From a virus (lineage: Duplodnaviria; Caudoviricetes): a stretch of 64,000 nt of DNA. Numbering within the stretch: position 1 is the first letter of the stretch; each line of letters starts with the position of its first letter. Shown in pieces: positions 52,977-62,654 of this stretch. The translations under genes were made by a program, and so were the position numbers. Where the stretch lies: positions 40,034 to 104,033 of IMG/VR virus record IMGVR_UViG_3300005440_000008. The stretch is one strand, 5' to 3'. The notes under the pieces were generated by a model. The model saw nothing but the letters and a program-made list of their open reading frames with translations, did no database searches and was not told the DNA's origin.

Positions 52977-53184
52977 GGCGTCCCTCACCGCGGCCGCAGC
53001 TCGGGCACCGACGCTCCGTGCGGTTCTCCTTCGAACGCCACCGCTTCCACCAGCCCTCCGAACTCGCGCCGGCAGGCTTCACGGCGCCACACCACGAGCA
53101 CTCCATCTCGCGGGGAAACCACTTGTCTCGGTAGGGGTGCCATTCCGTGACCGGACCCTTCTGCGCCGCCGGCTGGACGGTCAT
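52966..53184 (-). CDS. Small zinc-finger protein
   Basis: CSWC...CPSC; ATGA overlap. Confidence 0.5.
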   Translation of the reverse strand: MTVQPAAQKGPVTEWHPYRDKWFPREMECSWCGAVKPAGASSEGWWKRWRSKENRTERRCPSCGRGEGRHGS

Positions 53185-53606
53185 GCCAGCACCCACGCCA
53201 TCCAGGCGCCGCCGGCGAGGAGGTACGCGCCCAGGGCGACAAGCGCCCATCGACGGACGCGCCGCCATGGCGCCTCGTCGAGCTGCTCGAAGGCCCTCGC
53301 AATCCGCGCGAAATCGCCGGCGGTCCTGTTCTCGGCTCGTAGCCGCAACCGGATCGTGTCCGTGACCGCGCTGGGCAATGGCAGCGTGACATCTGGCACC
53401 TTCTCGGCTTCGCGAACAACCGGGAGCCGCTCCCCGGTCGTGTCTTCGATCATGACCAGGAGGTCCGACGATCGCTCCCGATAGGCCATGACGTCTCGCT
53501 CTTCGACGATCTTCCTGACGCTGACTCCCTCTGGGAGCGCGAATGTCTTTGTCAACATCTCAACGAACGTCGCCTCCGTGATCCTCACGATTCCGAGCCG
53601 TTTCAT
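53181..53606 (-). CDS. Hypothetical protein with C-terminal TM helix
   Basis: 141 aa, ATGA overlaps. Confidence 0.55.
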   Translation of the reverse strand: MKRLGIVRITEATFVEMLTKTFALPEGVSVRKIVEERDVMAYRERSSDLLVMIEDTTGERLPVVREAEKVPDVTLPLPSAVTDTIRLRLRAENRTAGDFARIARAFEQLDEAPWRRVRRWALVALGAYLLAGGAWMAWVLA

Positions 53607-54298
53607 GGCGCCGCCGAAGCCTTGGTCACGCGGATGCTGTGCACGCCGCCCTTACACGGCTGCCCGTCCCCCTGCGTCCCGCGACGCGCTGTGTGCTCGG
53701 TCAGGATGATCTGCGCCGCGGTCATCACGTCGGTCCCCTCGCGAATGCTCGTCACGCCCTCCGCGAAGCAGCGGTCGCACCGCCAGGACCAGGACGGGCC
53801 CGGCTCGTCCTTGGGAATGATGGCGAACGGCGTCCCCGCTTCGGCCGCCTCGACGTCGGCGAGCGCCACGCAGACCGCATCGAAGCCTTTGCCGTCGTGC
53901 CCTGCTTCCCGGACCGCGCGCATCAGCCGCTCCCGAGCCGCCCAGCGAGCCTCCGCCACATCGGCCTTGTCGAGGATCCACCGGAGCAGCTCGCCGTAGT
54001 CCGGGAGCGTGTTCGCCCGGGCCGGATCCTCCCGACGCCATCGCTCGATCCAAGGCGTCTCCCGCCGGCGCTGAAGGTCGAACGTCCCCTGGAGCTCGTC
54101 GCGATCCGCCGCGAGCGCCGTCCGGCCGGCGAGGAGCGGCCGGACGACCTTGGCCAGGAGGAGCGCCAGGTCGCCGGCGTCGACTTGCTTCCGTTCGACG
54201 GCGCGCTCGAAATACTCGACGTCCCGGTCGATCTGCGCCAGCTGCGCGGCCGTCAGCTCGCTAGCCTGTCTCCCCTCCTCCTGGCTCGCGGCGCTCAT
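53603..54298 (-). CDS. Hypothetical protein
   Basis: 231 aa, ATGA overlaps. Confidence 0.55.
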   Translation of the reverse strand: MSAASQEEGRQASELTAAQLAQIDRDVEYFERAVERKQVDAGDLALLLAKVVRPLLAGRTALAADRDELQGTFDLQRRRETPWIERWRREDPARANTLPDYGELLRWILDKADVAEARWAARERLMRAVREAGHDGKGFDAVCVALADVEAAEAGTPFAIIPKDEPGPSWSWRCDRCFAEGVTSIREGTDVMTAAQIILTEHTARRGTQGDGQPCKGGVHSIRVTKASAAP

Positions 54299-54525
54299 CG
54301 GGGCCTCGGCTCATAGCTGACCTGGATCACCCGCACGCGCCGGAGCTTCATCAGTCGCAGGATCTTCGGCCCCGGCCATCGCTTCCCGTGCCGCACGGCC
54401 GAGATATAGGCCGCGCTCACGCCGAGCGTCCGGGCGATCGGCCGAACACCGCCCGCGTCGGCAATCAGCCGTTCAAGATGACGATGCATCTCGATCTCGC
54501 TGATGGAGCCGGGCCCGTTCTTCAT
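54295..54525 (-). CDS. Cro/XRE-like HTH protein
   Basis: IARTLGVSAAYISAVRHGKRWPG. Confidence 0.75.
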   Translation of the reverse strand: MKNGPGSISEIEMHRHLERLIADAGGVRPIARTLGVSAAYISAVRHGKRWPGPKILRLMKLRRVRVIQVSYEPRPR

Positions 54526-54971
54526 GGCGCGCACCCCTCCGGCGCGTCGGTGACGAGCGCGAGCGCAGCCACGCCTGCGACATAGAGCGCATAGCCGTCA
54601 GGGTCCGCCTCCTGCCAGATCTCGTCGTTCCATACTTCCTGACCGCCCATCAGGTGGCTGAAGCTCGTGCGCGCGGTCTCGACGGCGTCCTCCATGAACC
54701 CTTCAAGCGCCTGCCGTGTCGCTCGCAGCGCCGCGACCATGGCGGGCACATCGACCCGCGCCTGGGCTATAAAGTCGCTGTCCCGCTTCCCGAAGAAACG
54801 GCTCGAACCGCCGAGCGATCCGCCGCACCCCTTACGGCCGCACGAGCACCCGGTGTTCGTGGATTCGTGGATCTCGAAGCCACCGGCCAGACGCTCCACT
54901 GGGACCCAGGGTCCGGCGGTTGCCGCCTGGGCGCGTGCGTCGATTGCGACCAGGTCCACCGGCTCAGCCAT
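54522..54971 (-). CDS. Hypothetical phage protein
   Basis: AATAGPW...DFIAQAR.DVP pattern common in phage early genes. Confidence 0.55.
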   Translation of the reverse strand: MAEPVDLVAIDARAQAATAGPWVPVERLAGGFEIHESTNTGCSCGRKGCGGSLGGSSRFFGKRDSDFIAQARVDVPAMVAALRATRQALEGFMEDAVETARTSFSHLMGGQEVWNDEIWQEADPDGYALYVAGVAALALVTDAPEGCAP

Positions 54972-55206
54972 CGGTGCTCTCCCGGTGGCCGGGACATCCC
55001 GATGTCGGGTCGAAGGCGTCGCACTTCGGGCCGACTGGGAGGTACCGGATCCCCAGACCGAGCAACTCGAGAAGCTCGGCCTTCGCCTCGCCGTTCGCCA
55101 TCGGGCGACCCTCGCCATCGGTCAGGCCGTGGTGGCTAGTCCGGGACCAGTTCAGCAGGGCGCTCGCGACGTCCAGGCCCACGTGATACGTGGTCGTGGC
55201 GCTCAT
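54964..55206 (-). CDS. Hypothetical protein
   Basis: 80 aa ending CDAFDPTSGCPGH; ATGA overlap. Confidence 0.5.
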   Translation of the reverse strand: MSATTTYHVGLDVASALLNWSRTSHHGLTDGEGRPMANGEAKAELLELLGLGIRYLPVGPKCDAFDPTSGCPGHRESTDG

Positions 55207-56213
55207 CGGGGGAACTCCCTGACTTTCAGATCCTCGGGCCACTCGGCCATTTCGCCGCCCTTGCGGTCGTGGAAACGCACTTCGTTACTGCCGTCCTGGG
55301 CCTCACGCGTGTAGGCACCGAGGTGGCCGAAGTCGGAATCGGCGACGATCGGTCGCGCGCCGAGCTGCTTGACGAAGCACGCAACCCCCGCCGCCCGGCA
55401 CTGCGCGATAGTCGAGCGTGCCCAGGCGAGGTCGAAGTGGCGCGCGCCGGGGCCGCTCTCGCCGCCGACTACGATCCAGCGAATCCCCGGCTTTCCGTCG
55501 CAGGACGGCGTGCACTGGTAGTGGTGCTCGTGACAGGCCCAGGCGTGCGCCTGCTGGAAGTCCACGGGACCCAATGCCGGTTCGTACGAAACCCACCGAA
55601 CCGACGCCGGCGTCTGGAGCAGCAGCGGGATCCGCTCGTCAGCGGTCGCCTGGTTTTCGACGGAGACGGCTAGGTGGACGTTAGGGAGGGGCCACGTGAG
55701 CTCTCCCACGTCGACATCATCGAGTGTGCCGACTGCCAAGCGCTCGGCGGGGTGCTCGCGGTACATCGACCCTGCGAGTCGACGCGATCTCTGGCGCGGC
55801 GTCAGTGCGGCCATCGCCGCGCAGTAGGCCAGCATCCGCTGCGGGCGCTTCGTCGGCCACAGGTGAGTGTGGTGAGGCGTCTGCGCCATGATCGCGAACA
55901 TCTGGTCTATCCACGTGTCGGGCACCCACGCCCCCCAGAAGTCGGTCATGTCGCACCAGAACCAGCGCGTGGGGATTCGACGCCGCCGGACCTCGTCCAT
56001 CGCCTTCGGCTCGAAGTAGATCTCGACCTGGTCGCGGTTCGGGATCTCGAACGCGCAGCCGGTGCCTCGAAACGGTTGCCACTCCGAGCTATAGCAGTGC
56101 GCGCATCCGGCGCTCACCTTCTCGCACCAGTGTCCGCGTCGCCCGGTGACCTTGTGGCGGGCGCGGACCGGGTTCACGGAGCGGTCGACGTACTGGATCG
56201 GTGTCTCACCCAT
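55203..56213 (-). CDS. DUF5131 (phage Gp37/Gp68) protein
   Basis: CEKVSAGCAHCY, DMTD, TKRP, VSVENQ, SYEP, WIVVGGESG, FVKQLG. Confidence 0.95.
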   Translation of the reverse strand: MGETPIQYVDRSVNPVRARHKVTGRRGHWCEKVSAGCAHCYSSEWQPFRGTGCAFEIPNRDQVEIYFEPKAMDEVRRRRIPTRWFWCDMTDFWGAWVPDTWIDQMFAIMAQTPHHTHLWPTKRPQRMLAYCAAMAALTPRQRSRRLAGSMYREHPAERLAVGTLDDVDVGELTWPLPNVHLAVSVENQATADERIPLLLQTPASVRWVSYEPALGPVDFQQAHAWACHEHHYQCTPSCDGKPGIRWIVVGGESGPGARHFDLAWARSTIAQCRAAGVACFVKQLGARPIVADSDFGHLGAYTREAQDGSNEVRFHDRKGGEMAEWPEDLKVREFPR

Positions 56214-56769
56214 TCAACCAGCCCCAGTTCTGGCCTCGAATGACCGCCCGCGCTGTGCTAGGGGAGACGCGGTATGCGGCCGCGATGCTCGCCGCCGATT
56301 CCCCGGCGGCCGCGCGTCGACGGATCTCCAAGACCGTCGTCGAGGTCAGCCGAGCGCGGCCGCTCTTCTCGCCACGCGGCTCAGTCCCGTGGCGAAGACG
56401 ATCTCGCTGATTCGCAGTCGGCGTGTCCCACCGGAGGTTGGTGAGCGAGCAGTCGGCCACCTTCCCGTTCTCGTGGCACCCCTGCATGCCATCCGGGCGG
56501 GTTCCGACGAACGTCTCGAGGACGAGCAGATGGACCTTCTTGCGATGACTGCGGCCGGTTCGGAAGAGGTTGAGCGCGAGGTAGCCGTCCCCGTCCGGCT
56601 GAGCCTTCATTGGCTTCCACTGGTCGCCGAGACGGCGCGGATTGCGTCCGTTATAGGCCCACCGGCTCCAGACAGAGCCGTCGGTCCCGACGCGGTAGCC
56701 AGGGAAGTCGGCGATGTCCCTGTACTCCACCGATATTTTGTCCGCCCACTCGATACTCGTGTCGCCCAT
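56206..56769 (-). CDS. NUMOD4-HNH homing endonuclease
   Basis: EYRDIADFPGYRVGTDGSVWS; VHLLVLETF...CHENG...NLRW.T...N; C-terminal HTH. Confidence 0.9.
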   Translation of the reverse strand: MGDTSIEWADKISVEYRDIADFPGYRVGTDGSVWSRWAYNGRNPRRLGDQWKPMKAQPDGDGYLALNLFRTGRSHRKKVHLLVLETFVGTRPDGMQGCHENGKVADCSLTNLRWDTPTANQRDRLRHGTEPRGEKSGRARLTSTTVLEIRRRAAAGESAASIAAAYRVSPSTARAVIRGQNWGWLNG

Positions 56770-57005
56770 CAGATCCTTTCCATCGCCAGCTCGCCCTCAT
56801 CAACGAGCTTCGTCATGCCCCGCGCGTGCGGGTGCGGAGTCCGGTCGCCCGGGAAGCTGAACGCGGGCCCGTGGGTCTCGCAGTCCTCGCAAATGATCCG
56901 CTCGCACCCGAAGCAGAAGTCACAGTCGGCGCACGCGATCGCGCTGCAGCGCGCGCAGGGGCCCCTCCGCTCGTGCCGGCACATCGGGATGGCGGCCAGG
57001 GTCAT
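56769..57005 (-). CDS. Cys-rich small protein
   Basis: Multiple CxxC motifs, coupled at both ends. Confidence 0.5.
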   Translation of the reverse strand: MTLAAIPMCRHERRGPCARCSAIACADCDFCFGCERIICEDCETHGPAFSFPGDRTPHPHARGMTKLVDEGELAMERI

Positions 57006-57496
57006 CGCTGGATCCGTTCCACCTGGTCGATCGCTTGCCCGCACCGGATCCGGCGGACGCTATCGGGGATCCTGGCCAAGAGCGCTTCGGCCTGTTCGTC
57101 GGTCAGCTCGCGATCGACCGAGGCGCGGACCATGGCCAGCTTGGCCCCGCGGTCGGCGACGATCGCCGCCCAGCCCATGCAGACGCGCGCCTTGTCCGCT
57201 TCCCAGGTCCAGCCCTCGGGCCCGCCGCGCGGCAGCGGCTCGTGACACCAGAACGGAACGCCCTGCTCGAGCGCCTGGACGAGGTTGAGCACCGTGGTGT
57301 CCCAGCCTTGCCACGCGTCCGTCGACGGGGCGAATGCGCAGGAATGGCACGGGCGGCGCCACTCCGGGCGCGCCTCGAAGAGCCCGGGCGCACGTCGGCG
57401 AAAGATCGCCCGGAGGCGCGCGAGCGCGTTCCGGAGCACGCCGTTCACCTCGGTTGTCGAGCCCCGCCGGTTCGCCTTCGCGCGCTTACCGCTCAT
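57002..57496 (-). CDS. Hypothetical protein with metal-binding motifs
   Basis: CHSCAF...FWCH...CMGW. Confidence 0.55.
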   Translation of the reverse strand: MSGKRAKANRRGSTTEVNGVLRNALARLRAIFRRRAPGLFEARPEWRRPCHSCAFAPSTDAWQGWDTTVLNLVQALEQGVPFWCHEPLPRGGPEGWTWEADKARVCMGWAAIVADRGAKLAMVRASVDRELTDEQAEALLARIPDSVRRIRCGQAIDQVERIQR

Positions 57497-58017
57497 CGGG
57501 TCCTCGCTTCGACGGTCGCGCGTGGTGTCCGGGCCACCGCGAGCCAGTCGCGCAGGTGAAAGCCTGGACGGCGCGAGACGTAGCGCAGCGCCGCGCAGGG
57601 GTCGCGGGGCCACAGCCAGGCCTCGACCCACTCCGCCAGCGTCGACGCGTCGACTTCTCCCTCCATCCGGCGGAGACAGGACTCGATGAACGCCGACACG
57701 TCGCCGAACGCCCGGGAGTGCTTGGAGAGGACGGCAACGATCGAGGCCTCGAGCCGGACCTGGTCGAACGCCTCCAATGCCCCCCCCCCAGCCCTCGGAT
57801 GACGCACCGTCTGGCGGACCTCGATCGCCTCGTACGTCGTGACGCGGCGGTGGCACTGCACGCATTCCCGACGGCGGCGGACCTCCCCGGCGCTGGCGAC
57901 GACGCGCGAGTCCACGACAAAGAGGCCCACGTGGCCGCAGAAGGGGCACGGGAGCTGACAGGCCTCGCGGCTGACCGGCCCGCGCTGGGGCTTCGGCTCC
58001 AGGGCGGTTGCGCTCAT
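57493..58017 (-). CDS. NrdR-like regulator (zinc ribbon plus degenerate ATP-cone)
   Basis: CPFCG...VVDSR...VRRRRECVQC..RVTTYE; EAFD..RL; AALRY.S. Confidence 0.85.
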   Translation of the reverse strand: MSATALEPKPQRGPVSREACQLPCPFCGHVGLFVVDSRVVASAGEVRRRRECVQCHRRVTTYEAIEVRQTVRHPRAGGGALEAFDQVRLEASIVAVLSKHSRAFGDVSAFIESCLRRMEGEVDASTLAEWVEAWLWPRDPCAALRYVSRRPGFHLRDWLAVARTPRATVEARTR

Positions 58018-58976
58018 CGCGGCCCCGCGTTGACCACGCTCTGCGCCACGTGGAGGAAGCGCTCGGCGTAGTGGCTCATCGTCGACGTCGTCTGGGTGAG
58101 GCTCCACGCCCGATCGGTCCGCCGCTGGCGGTCCTCGTCGTCGTCCAGGACCGCCTCGATCCGGTCGAGGATCGCGTGGTCGGTCTCCCAGGGGTGCACG
58201 GCCAGGATGGTGTCGGCGAAGTACTCCTGGCGCTCGTCCGGGATGTCGGCGACGGCCAGGCTCCGGCAGAGCCCGATCTCGGCGTACTTGGCGAGCGCGT
58301 ACTTGAAGCGCATCGAGCAGGTGGCCACGAGCTTGGCGCGGTTGAGCATCTGCGCGAAGGCGGCCCCGACCACCGTGCCCGCGCGCGGCGGCAGCGTGTA
58401 GCCCGGGTGCCGGAGGACACAGACGCGGTACCCGCGCTTGCGGAGGGTGCCCCAGGCGAGGGCCGCCAGCCGGACCCGGAACGGGTAGTAGCCGTGGCTG
58501 AGGTTCCCGGCCACGAGGACGTCGATGTCCTTCTCGAGCGCGTAGTCCCGGTAGGTCTCGGCCTGCGCGCAGTGGGGGACGTGCGCGGTGACAATGCCGT
58601 CCTGCCAGAGGTGCGTGTACCGGGTGGCGTCGTTGCCATGGTGGAAGATGACGCCGCGCAGGCGGTTCTCCTGCACGAAGTGGGTCACCTTCGGCACGTC
58701 GAACGCCTCGTTGAAGGACGTCAGCGTGGGCACCGGGCAGCCGGCCAGCCCGGCGACGCCGTAGGTCAGCACGACGTCGGCCGGCGTCCCGCTGTCGCCC
58801 ACCGGGATCCGGGCCACGTTCTCGGCCGCGGTGCGGCCCGCGTCCCAGGTGGGCCAGCCGGGCCCGGAGATCACGACGGGCACCTGGGCGGCGATCGCGT
58901 CCACTTGATGGGCGCGCACCCGTGACATCTTCGTGTCGTAGGTCTCTCGCGAGACGAGGTAGAGGACCTTCATCAC
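58014..58976 (-). CDS. GT-B glycosyltransferase (CgeB-like)
   Basis: KDIDVLVAG...YPFR, LNRAKL, KYAEI. Confidence 0.8.
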   Translation of the reverse strand: MMKVLYLVSRETYDTKMSRVRAHQVDAIAAQVPVVISGPGWPTWDAGRTAAENVARIPVGDSGTPADVVLTYGVAGLAGCPVPTLTSFNEAFDVPKVTHFVQENRLRGVIFHHGNDATRYTHLWQDGIVTAHVPHCAQAETYRDYALEKDIDVLVAGNLSHGYYPFRVRLAALAWGTLRKRGYRVCVLRHPGYTLPPRAGTVVGAAFAQMLNRAKLVATCSMRFKYALAKYAEIGLCRSLAVADIPDERQEYFADTILAVHPWETDHAILDRIEAVLDDDEDRQRRTDRAWSLTQTTSTMSHYAERFLHVAQSVVNAGPR

Positions 58977-59389
58977 GCGTCACTCGGATCGATCCAGCGA
59001 GCGATCGGGGATGGGGTCGTGCCGCCGAGCTGGAGGCACCAGATCGCGATCGTGAACCCGTGGCGCTGCCCGCTCGCGTGGACGTAGTCGGGCGCGTCCG
59101 CGGCGCGGGGCTCCCAGTCGGTGTCCGAGGCGAGCGCGAGCGCCGCCGCTTCGTCCCAGGCCGTCCCGACGAGCCGGAGCGTGACGTCGGCGCCGACCGT
59201 GCCCTGCTCGAGCACGACGAAGAGGGGCTTGCCGAGCGTGGCGAACACGGCCTGGCCCCCGTCGGCCGCGAGCTGCTGGATGGACTGCACGAGGAGCTCG
59301 TGATCCTCGGCGCCCCAGACGTGCCCGTTCTTCACCGTGAAGTACGAGCGCTGGAGCAGCGCCGTCAAGATGTCCGTCGCGCCGGTCAT
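58973..59389 (-). CDS. Hypothetical protein
   Basis: Start MTGATDIL, coupled. Confidence 0.5.
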   Translation of the reverse strand: MTGATDILTALLQRSYFTVKNGHVWGAEDHELLVQSIQQLAADGGQAVFATLGKPLFVVLEQGTVGADVTLRLVGTAWDEAAALALASDTDWEPRAADAPDYVHASGQRHGFTIAIWCLQLGGTTPSPIARWIDPSDA

Positions 59390-59571
59390 CCCTGGAGCAC
59401 CGTTCCATCGGGCCTGGGCGCGGGCGGATCCGGGACCCGGAACTCGAGCGCATGCCCCTCGGGCACGTGCTGGCGGCCGCGGCTGATCACGGTCTCTCGG
59501 CCTGCGGCATCCCGGGCGACCAGCTCCCACTCGACGACCCCGTCATGGGGCTCCGCGCGCACGGCGACCAT
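59386..59571 (-). CDS. Hypothetical protein
   Basis: 61 aa filling the gap, ATGA overlap. Confidence 0.45.
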   Translation of the reverse strand: MVAVRAEPHDGVVEWELVARDAAGRETVISRGRQHVPEGHALEFRVPDPPAPRPDGTVLQG

Positions 59572-59574
59572 GCC

Positions 59575-60240
59575 CTACCCCACGACCGGCGCGCCGGGGG
59601 CCGCGGGGGCCGCGAGCGCGTCCGGGCCGGCCCAGAGCCGGGTCAGGCTCTGCGGGTAGTACTCCGGGTGGGCGAGCGCCTCGAAGACGTCGTGGCGGAA
59701 CGGGCGGAACCCGAGGCCGGCCAGGAAGGCCTCGGCCCAGGCGGGGCGCACCTCCGTCGCGTAGTCGTGCACCCCGAGCGAGCCGTCCGGGCCGAGCGCG
59801 GGCGCGTAGAGCTCGAGCTCGCGCTCCTTGGCGCCGTTGTCGCAGTAGAGGAAGGTCCGGGGGCGCCGGCACCAGGCCACCACCTCGGGATGCGGCTCAT
59901 GGCCGCGCCGCCCTTGCGAGAGCAGGTTCGCGGTCAGGAGCGTCAGGTTCGGCTGCCGCTCGAGCACCGCCAGCACCGTCAGGTCGATCGGCTCGACGTC
60001 GACGGACAGGACGCGGCCGCCCCAGGCGGCGAGTGTCTGGGCGAGGAACAGCGCGAACCCGCCCCCGGCCGTGCCGAGCTCGACGGCGTGCGCGGGCCGG
60101 AGCGCCTCGAGCGCCGCGGCGATCACGCCGAGGTCCTCGTAGCGGTGTTGCGCCTCGAGGCTCTGCCACTCGCAGCGGACGAACTGCGCGGCCCGGAAGC
60201 CGGCGTGGGCGAGCGCGGCATTGGTCGTGGCGTCATCCAT
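59575..60240 (-). CDS. SAM methyltransferase-like protein (CmcI / Methyltransf_24-like)
   Basis: VELGTAGGG, LSVD, YCDNG, VHDY. Confidence 0.75.
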   Translation of the reverse strand: MDDATTNAALAHAGFRAAQFVRCEWQSLEAQHRYEDLGVIAAALEALRPAHAVELGTAGGGFALFLAQTLAAWGGRVLSVDVEPIDLTVLAVLERQPNLTLLTANLLSQGRRGHEPHPEVVAWCRRPRTFLYCDNGAKERELELYAPALGPDGSLGVHDYATEVRPAWAEAFLAGLGFRPFRHDVFEALAHPEYYPQSLTRLWAGPDALAAPAAPGAPVVG

Positions 60241-60250
60241 GGTGATCTCC

Positions 60251-61051
60251 TCAGTTGTCGCGGCGGCGGTTCAGCGCCCAGTCCGCGGGGGTGGTGCCCA
60301 GGTGGCGAAGGAAGGCGGGCTCGCCGATCCTTCCCCAGATGAAGGTCCGGACCGAGGCCGCGCGGACCGCGGCGGAGTTCCAGGGGGCGCCGGGCGGGAT
60401 CAGGTCCACGTGGACGGGGCAGCGGCCGCGCCACTGGCCGTTCAGGACATCGTTCACCTTGGCCTCGCAGTGCTCGGCGAACGCGCCCGGCCCGTGGCGA
60501 TCCCACCAGGTGACGACGGGCCGGATCTGGGCCACGCGCCAGAGCCCCGTCTGGAAGTACCAGTGATCAGCGACACAGAGCGTCTCCACGAGGCCATCCG
60601 ACATGGGAAACCGCCGCTCCTCCTTCACGAAGGCCTGCGGGCCCTCGCCCTTCCGATCGAGCGTGTCCCGCTTGTTGAACCGGACCTGGTGGAGCGTGTA
60701 GGCGTCCATGACGGCGAGCGCGCGCTGGATCGGGAGCGGGCGCACCACCTCGTGGTCGTCCTGGGTGTAGAGGACGTAGCCGGCCTCGGCCTGGCCGAGG
60801 GCCCAGGCGAGGCCGGGCCCGTGCCCGATCGGTGGGGCGTCGGTCCGCAGCACGAGCGGACGGATCGCGCGGCCGAGCTCCGCGAGGACCTCCGTCATGG
60901 CCGCGGCGCGCTCGGCACCGGCGAAGCAGACGTCGTCGTGCACGATCACGCGCGCCGGCGGCTGATCCAGGGCGGCCAGGAGGGACTGAAGCGTCGTCCG
61001 CAGCAGGTGCGGGCGGCGGGCAGAGATCACGACCAGGTCGTAGGCAATCAT
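60251..61051 (-). CDS. GT-A glycosyltransferase, paralog 3
   Basis: RPHLL..TL, HDD, LYTQDD, HQVRFNKR, RHLG. Confidence 0.75.
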   Translation of the reverse strand: MIAYDLVVISARRPHLLRTTLQSLLAALDQPPARVIVHDDVCFAGAERAAAMTEVLAELGRAIRPLVLRTDAPPIGHGPGLAWALGQAEAGYVLYTQDDHEVVRPLPIQRALAVMDAYTLHQVRFNKRDTLDRKGEGPQAFVKEERRFPMSDGLVETLCVADHWYFQTGLWRVAQIRPVVTWWDRHGPGAFAEHCEAKVNDVLNGQWRGRCPVHVDLIPPGAPWNSAAVRAASVRTFIWGRIGEPAFLRHLGTTPADWALNRRRDN

Positions 61052-61830
61052 GGGGCGGCGTCTCGCGCGGCCTGGCCGCGCTTCCACGCCTCGAGGACTG
61101 CGGGGGCGTGCTCGCCGAGCAATCCCTGGAGCTCGGCCTGTCGCTTGTCGATCGCCCGCGCCCGATCGACCCACTCGTCGATCGAGCGCATCATCTTGTC
61201 GACGTGCTCCAGCCAGGTGACGCGGCGTAGCGTGGCCCCGTCATTCGGGCAAAGCTCCGCCTCATCCTGGTCGTTGACGCTGACCGATCCGTCGGCCGCA
61301 TGGAGCCGGCGCTTGTGGAGCTCGAAGTGGCAAGTCGGGCAGGCCCAGTCGCCGGGCACATGCTCGGCCGCCGCCAGCCGGCGCCGGAGGGCCTCGAGCT
61401 CGCCGACGCTGGCGTCGTAGAGCCGGCTCCGGAGCGCGCGCCCGACGTAGTAGAACTCGCATTCGGCGGTCAGGCCGGCCTTGACGAGCCGCTCGTCGAT
61501 GCAGAGCGTGCAGAGGGCGCCCACCTCGGGCATGCCGATCCCGGCCGCCCCCGGCAGGATCCCGGGGCGGTTCTCGCAGATCGCGTTCCAGGCTTCGCTC
61601 GGCAGTGAGGTGTCGAGGTTATGGGGCGCGCCGCAGTCCTGGCAGCGGAAGTCGTAGTCGTCCTGCGTCCGGAGCGCGTGCGCGGTCTCCCGGAGCTGTC
61701 GGCCGAGCTGCTCCCGGAGCCCCCGGACATTGTCCGGCACCGCGAGGAACGCGGCCGCTTGCGCGTCCGTGATGCCGGAGCCCGTCAAGGTCTCGAGCCA
61801 GTTCACCTTCACCTCGAGGTGCTCGCTCAT
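61048..61830 (-). CDS. Hypothetical protein with several zinc-binding motifs
   Basis: CQDC, CTLC, CPTC, CPND. Confidence 0.55.
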   Translation of the reverse strand: MSEHLEVKVNWLETLTGSGITDAQAAAFLAVPDNVRGLREQLGRQLRETAHALRTQDDYDFRCQDCGAPHNLDTSLPSEAWNAICENRPGILPGAAGIGMPEVGALCTLCIDERLVKAGLTAECEFYYVGRALRSRLYDASVGELEALRRRLAAAEHVPGDWACPTCHFELHKRRLHAADGSVSVNDQDEAELCPNDGATLRRVTWLEHVDKMMRSIDEWVDRARAIDKRQAELQGLLGEHAPAVLEAWKRGQAARDAAP

Positions 61831-62654
61831 GAGGGCGCGACCTCCGTCGTCCGGTCGCGTTTCATCGCCCAGTCCTCCGGCTTGTCCCCGATGTGGCGGA
61901 CGTAGCGGTCCTCGCCGATCGGGCCCCAGATGTACGTCCCGGCCCAGTACATCCGATCGAGCGCGTCGCGCGGGTCGAGCCGGTGGTGGTCCCGCATCTG
62001 CTGGTCGATCCGTCGGTTCCAGCACTCTTCCGGCTTCTCGTCGAACGTCGCCCTGTCGAGCGCCCTCGCCTCAGATGCCCAGCCTTTCGCCACGGAGGTC
62101 CGCCACAGGCCGGTCTGGAAGTACCAGTGGTCAGCGACGGTCAGCCATTGGGTCTTGTCCGGCGACAATCGCCCGTTGTCATAGACACCGAATGGCACGG
62201 GTCGCTTGTGCCAAGGGCCCTGCCACGTGTCCTTCGTCGCCATCGTGGCTCGCTTGTTGAACCGGATCTGATGGATGACCGTCTGGCGCTCCGTTCGATA
62301 GGGCCACCGCTTCATCAGGGTGAGCGCGTCCGCAACCGGGATCGGCCGGACCGTCTCGAAGTCGTCCTGCGTGTAGAGCAGGAACTCGGTGCGTCCGCAC
62401 AGGTTGAGGAGGCGCCAGAGCCCCGCGCCGTGCCCCGTGGGCGGATCCGACCTCAGCAGGAGGAACGGGACGCCCGCCGGCACGGTCTCGCGCAGCACGT
62501 CGTTGACCTCGCCCTGGCGCCCCGGCCACACGGCATCGTCGTGAAGCAGGACGCGGGTGGGAAGCTGGTCGACGTTGGCGAAGAGCGTCCGAAGCGTCAC
62601 GGCCAGGAGGTGCGGCCGGCTCGCCGAGGCGACAATCACGTCGTAGGGGATCAT
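61827..62654 (-). CDS. GT-A glycosyltransferase, paralog 2
   Basis: RPHLL, HDD, LYTQDD, HQIRFNKR, VADHWYFQTGLWR, RHIG. Confidence 0.75.
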   Translation of the reverse strand: MIPYDVIVASASRPHLLAVTLRTLFANVDQLPTRVLLHDDAVWPGRQGEVNDVLRETVPAGVPFLLLRSDPPTGHGAGLWRLLNLCGRTEFLLYTQDDFETVRPIPVADALTLMKRWPYRTERQTVIHQIRFNKRATMATKDTWQGPWHKRPVPFGVYDNGRLSPDKTQWLTVADHWYFQTGLWRTSVAKGWASEARALDRATFDEKPEECWNRRIDQQMRDHHRLDPRDALDRMYWAGTYIWGPIGEDRYVRHIGDKPEDWAMKRDRTTEVAPS

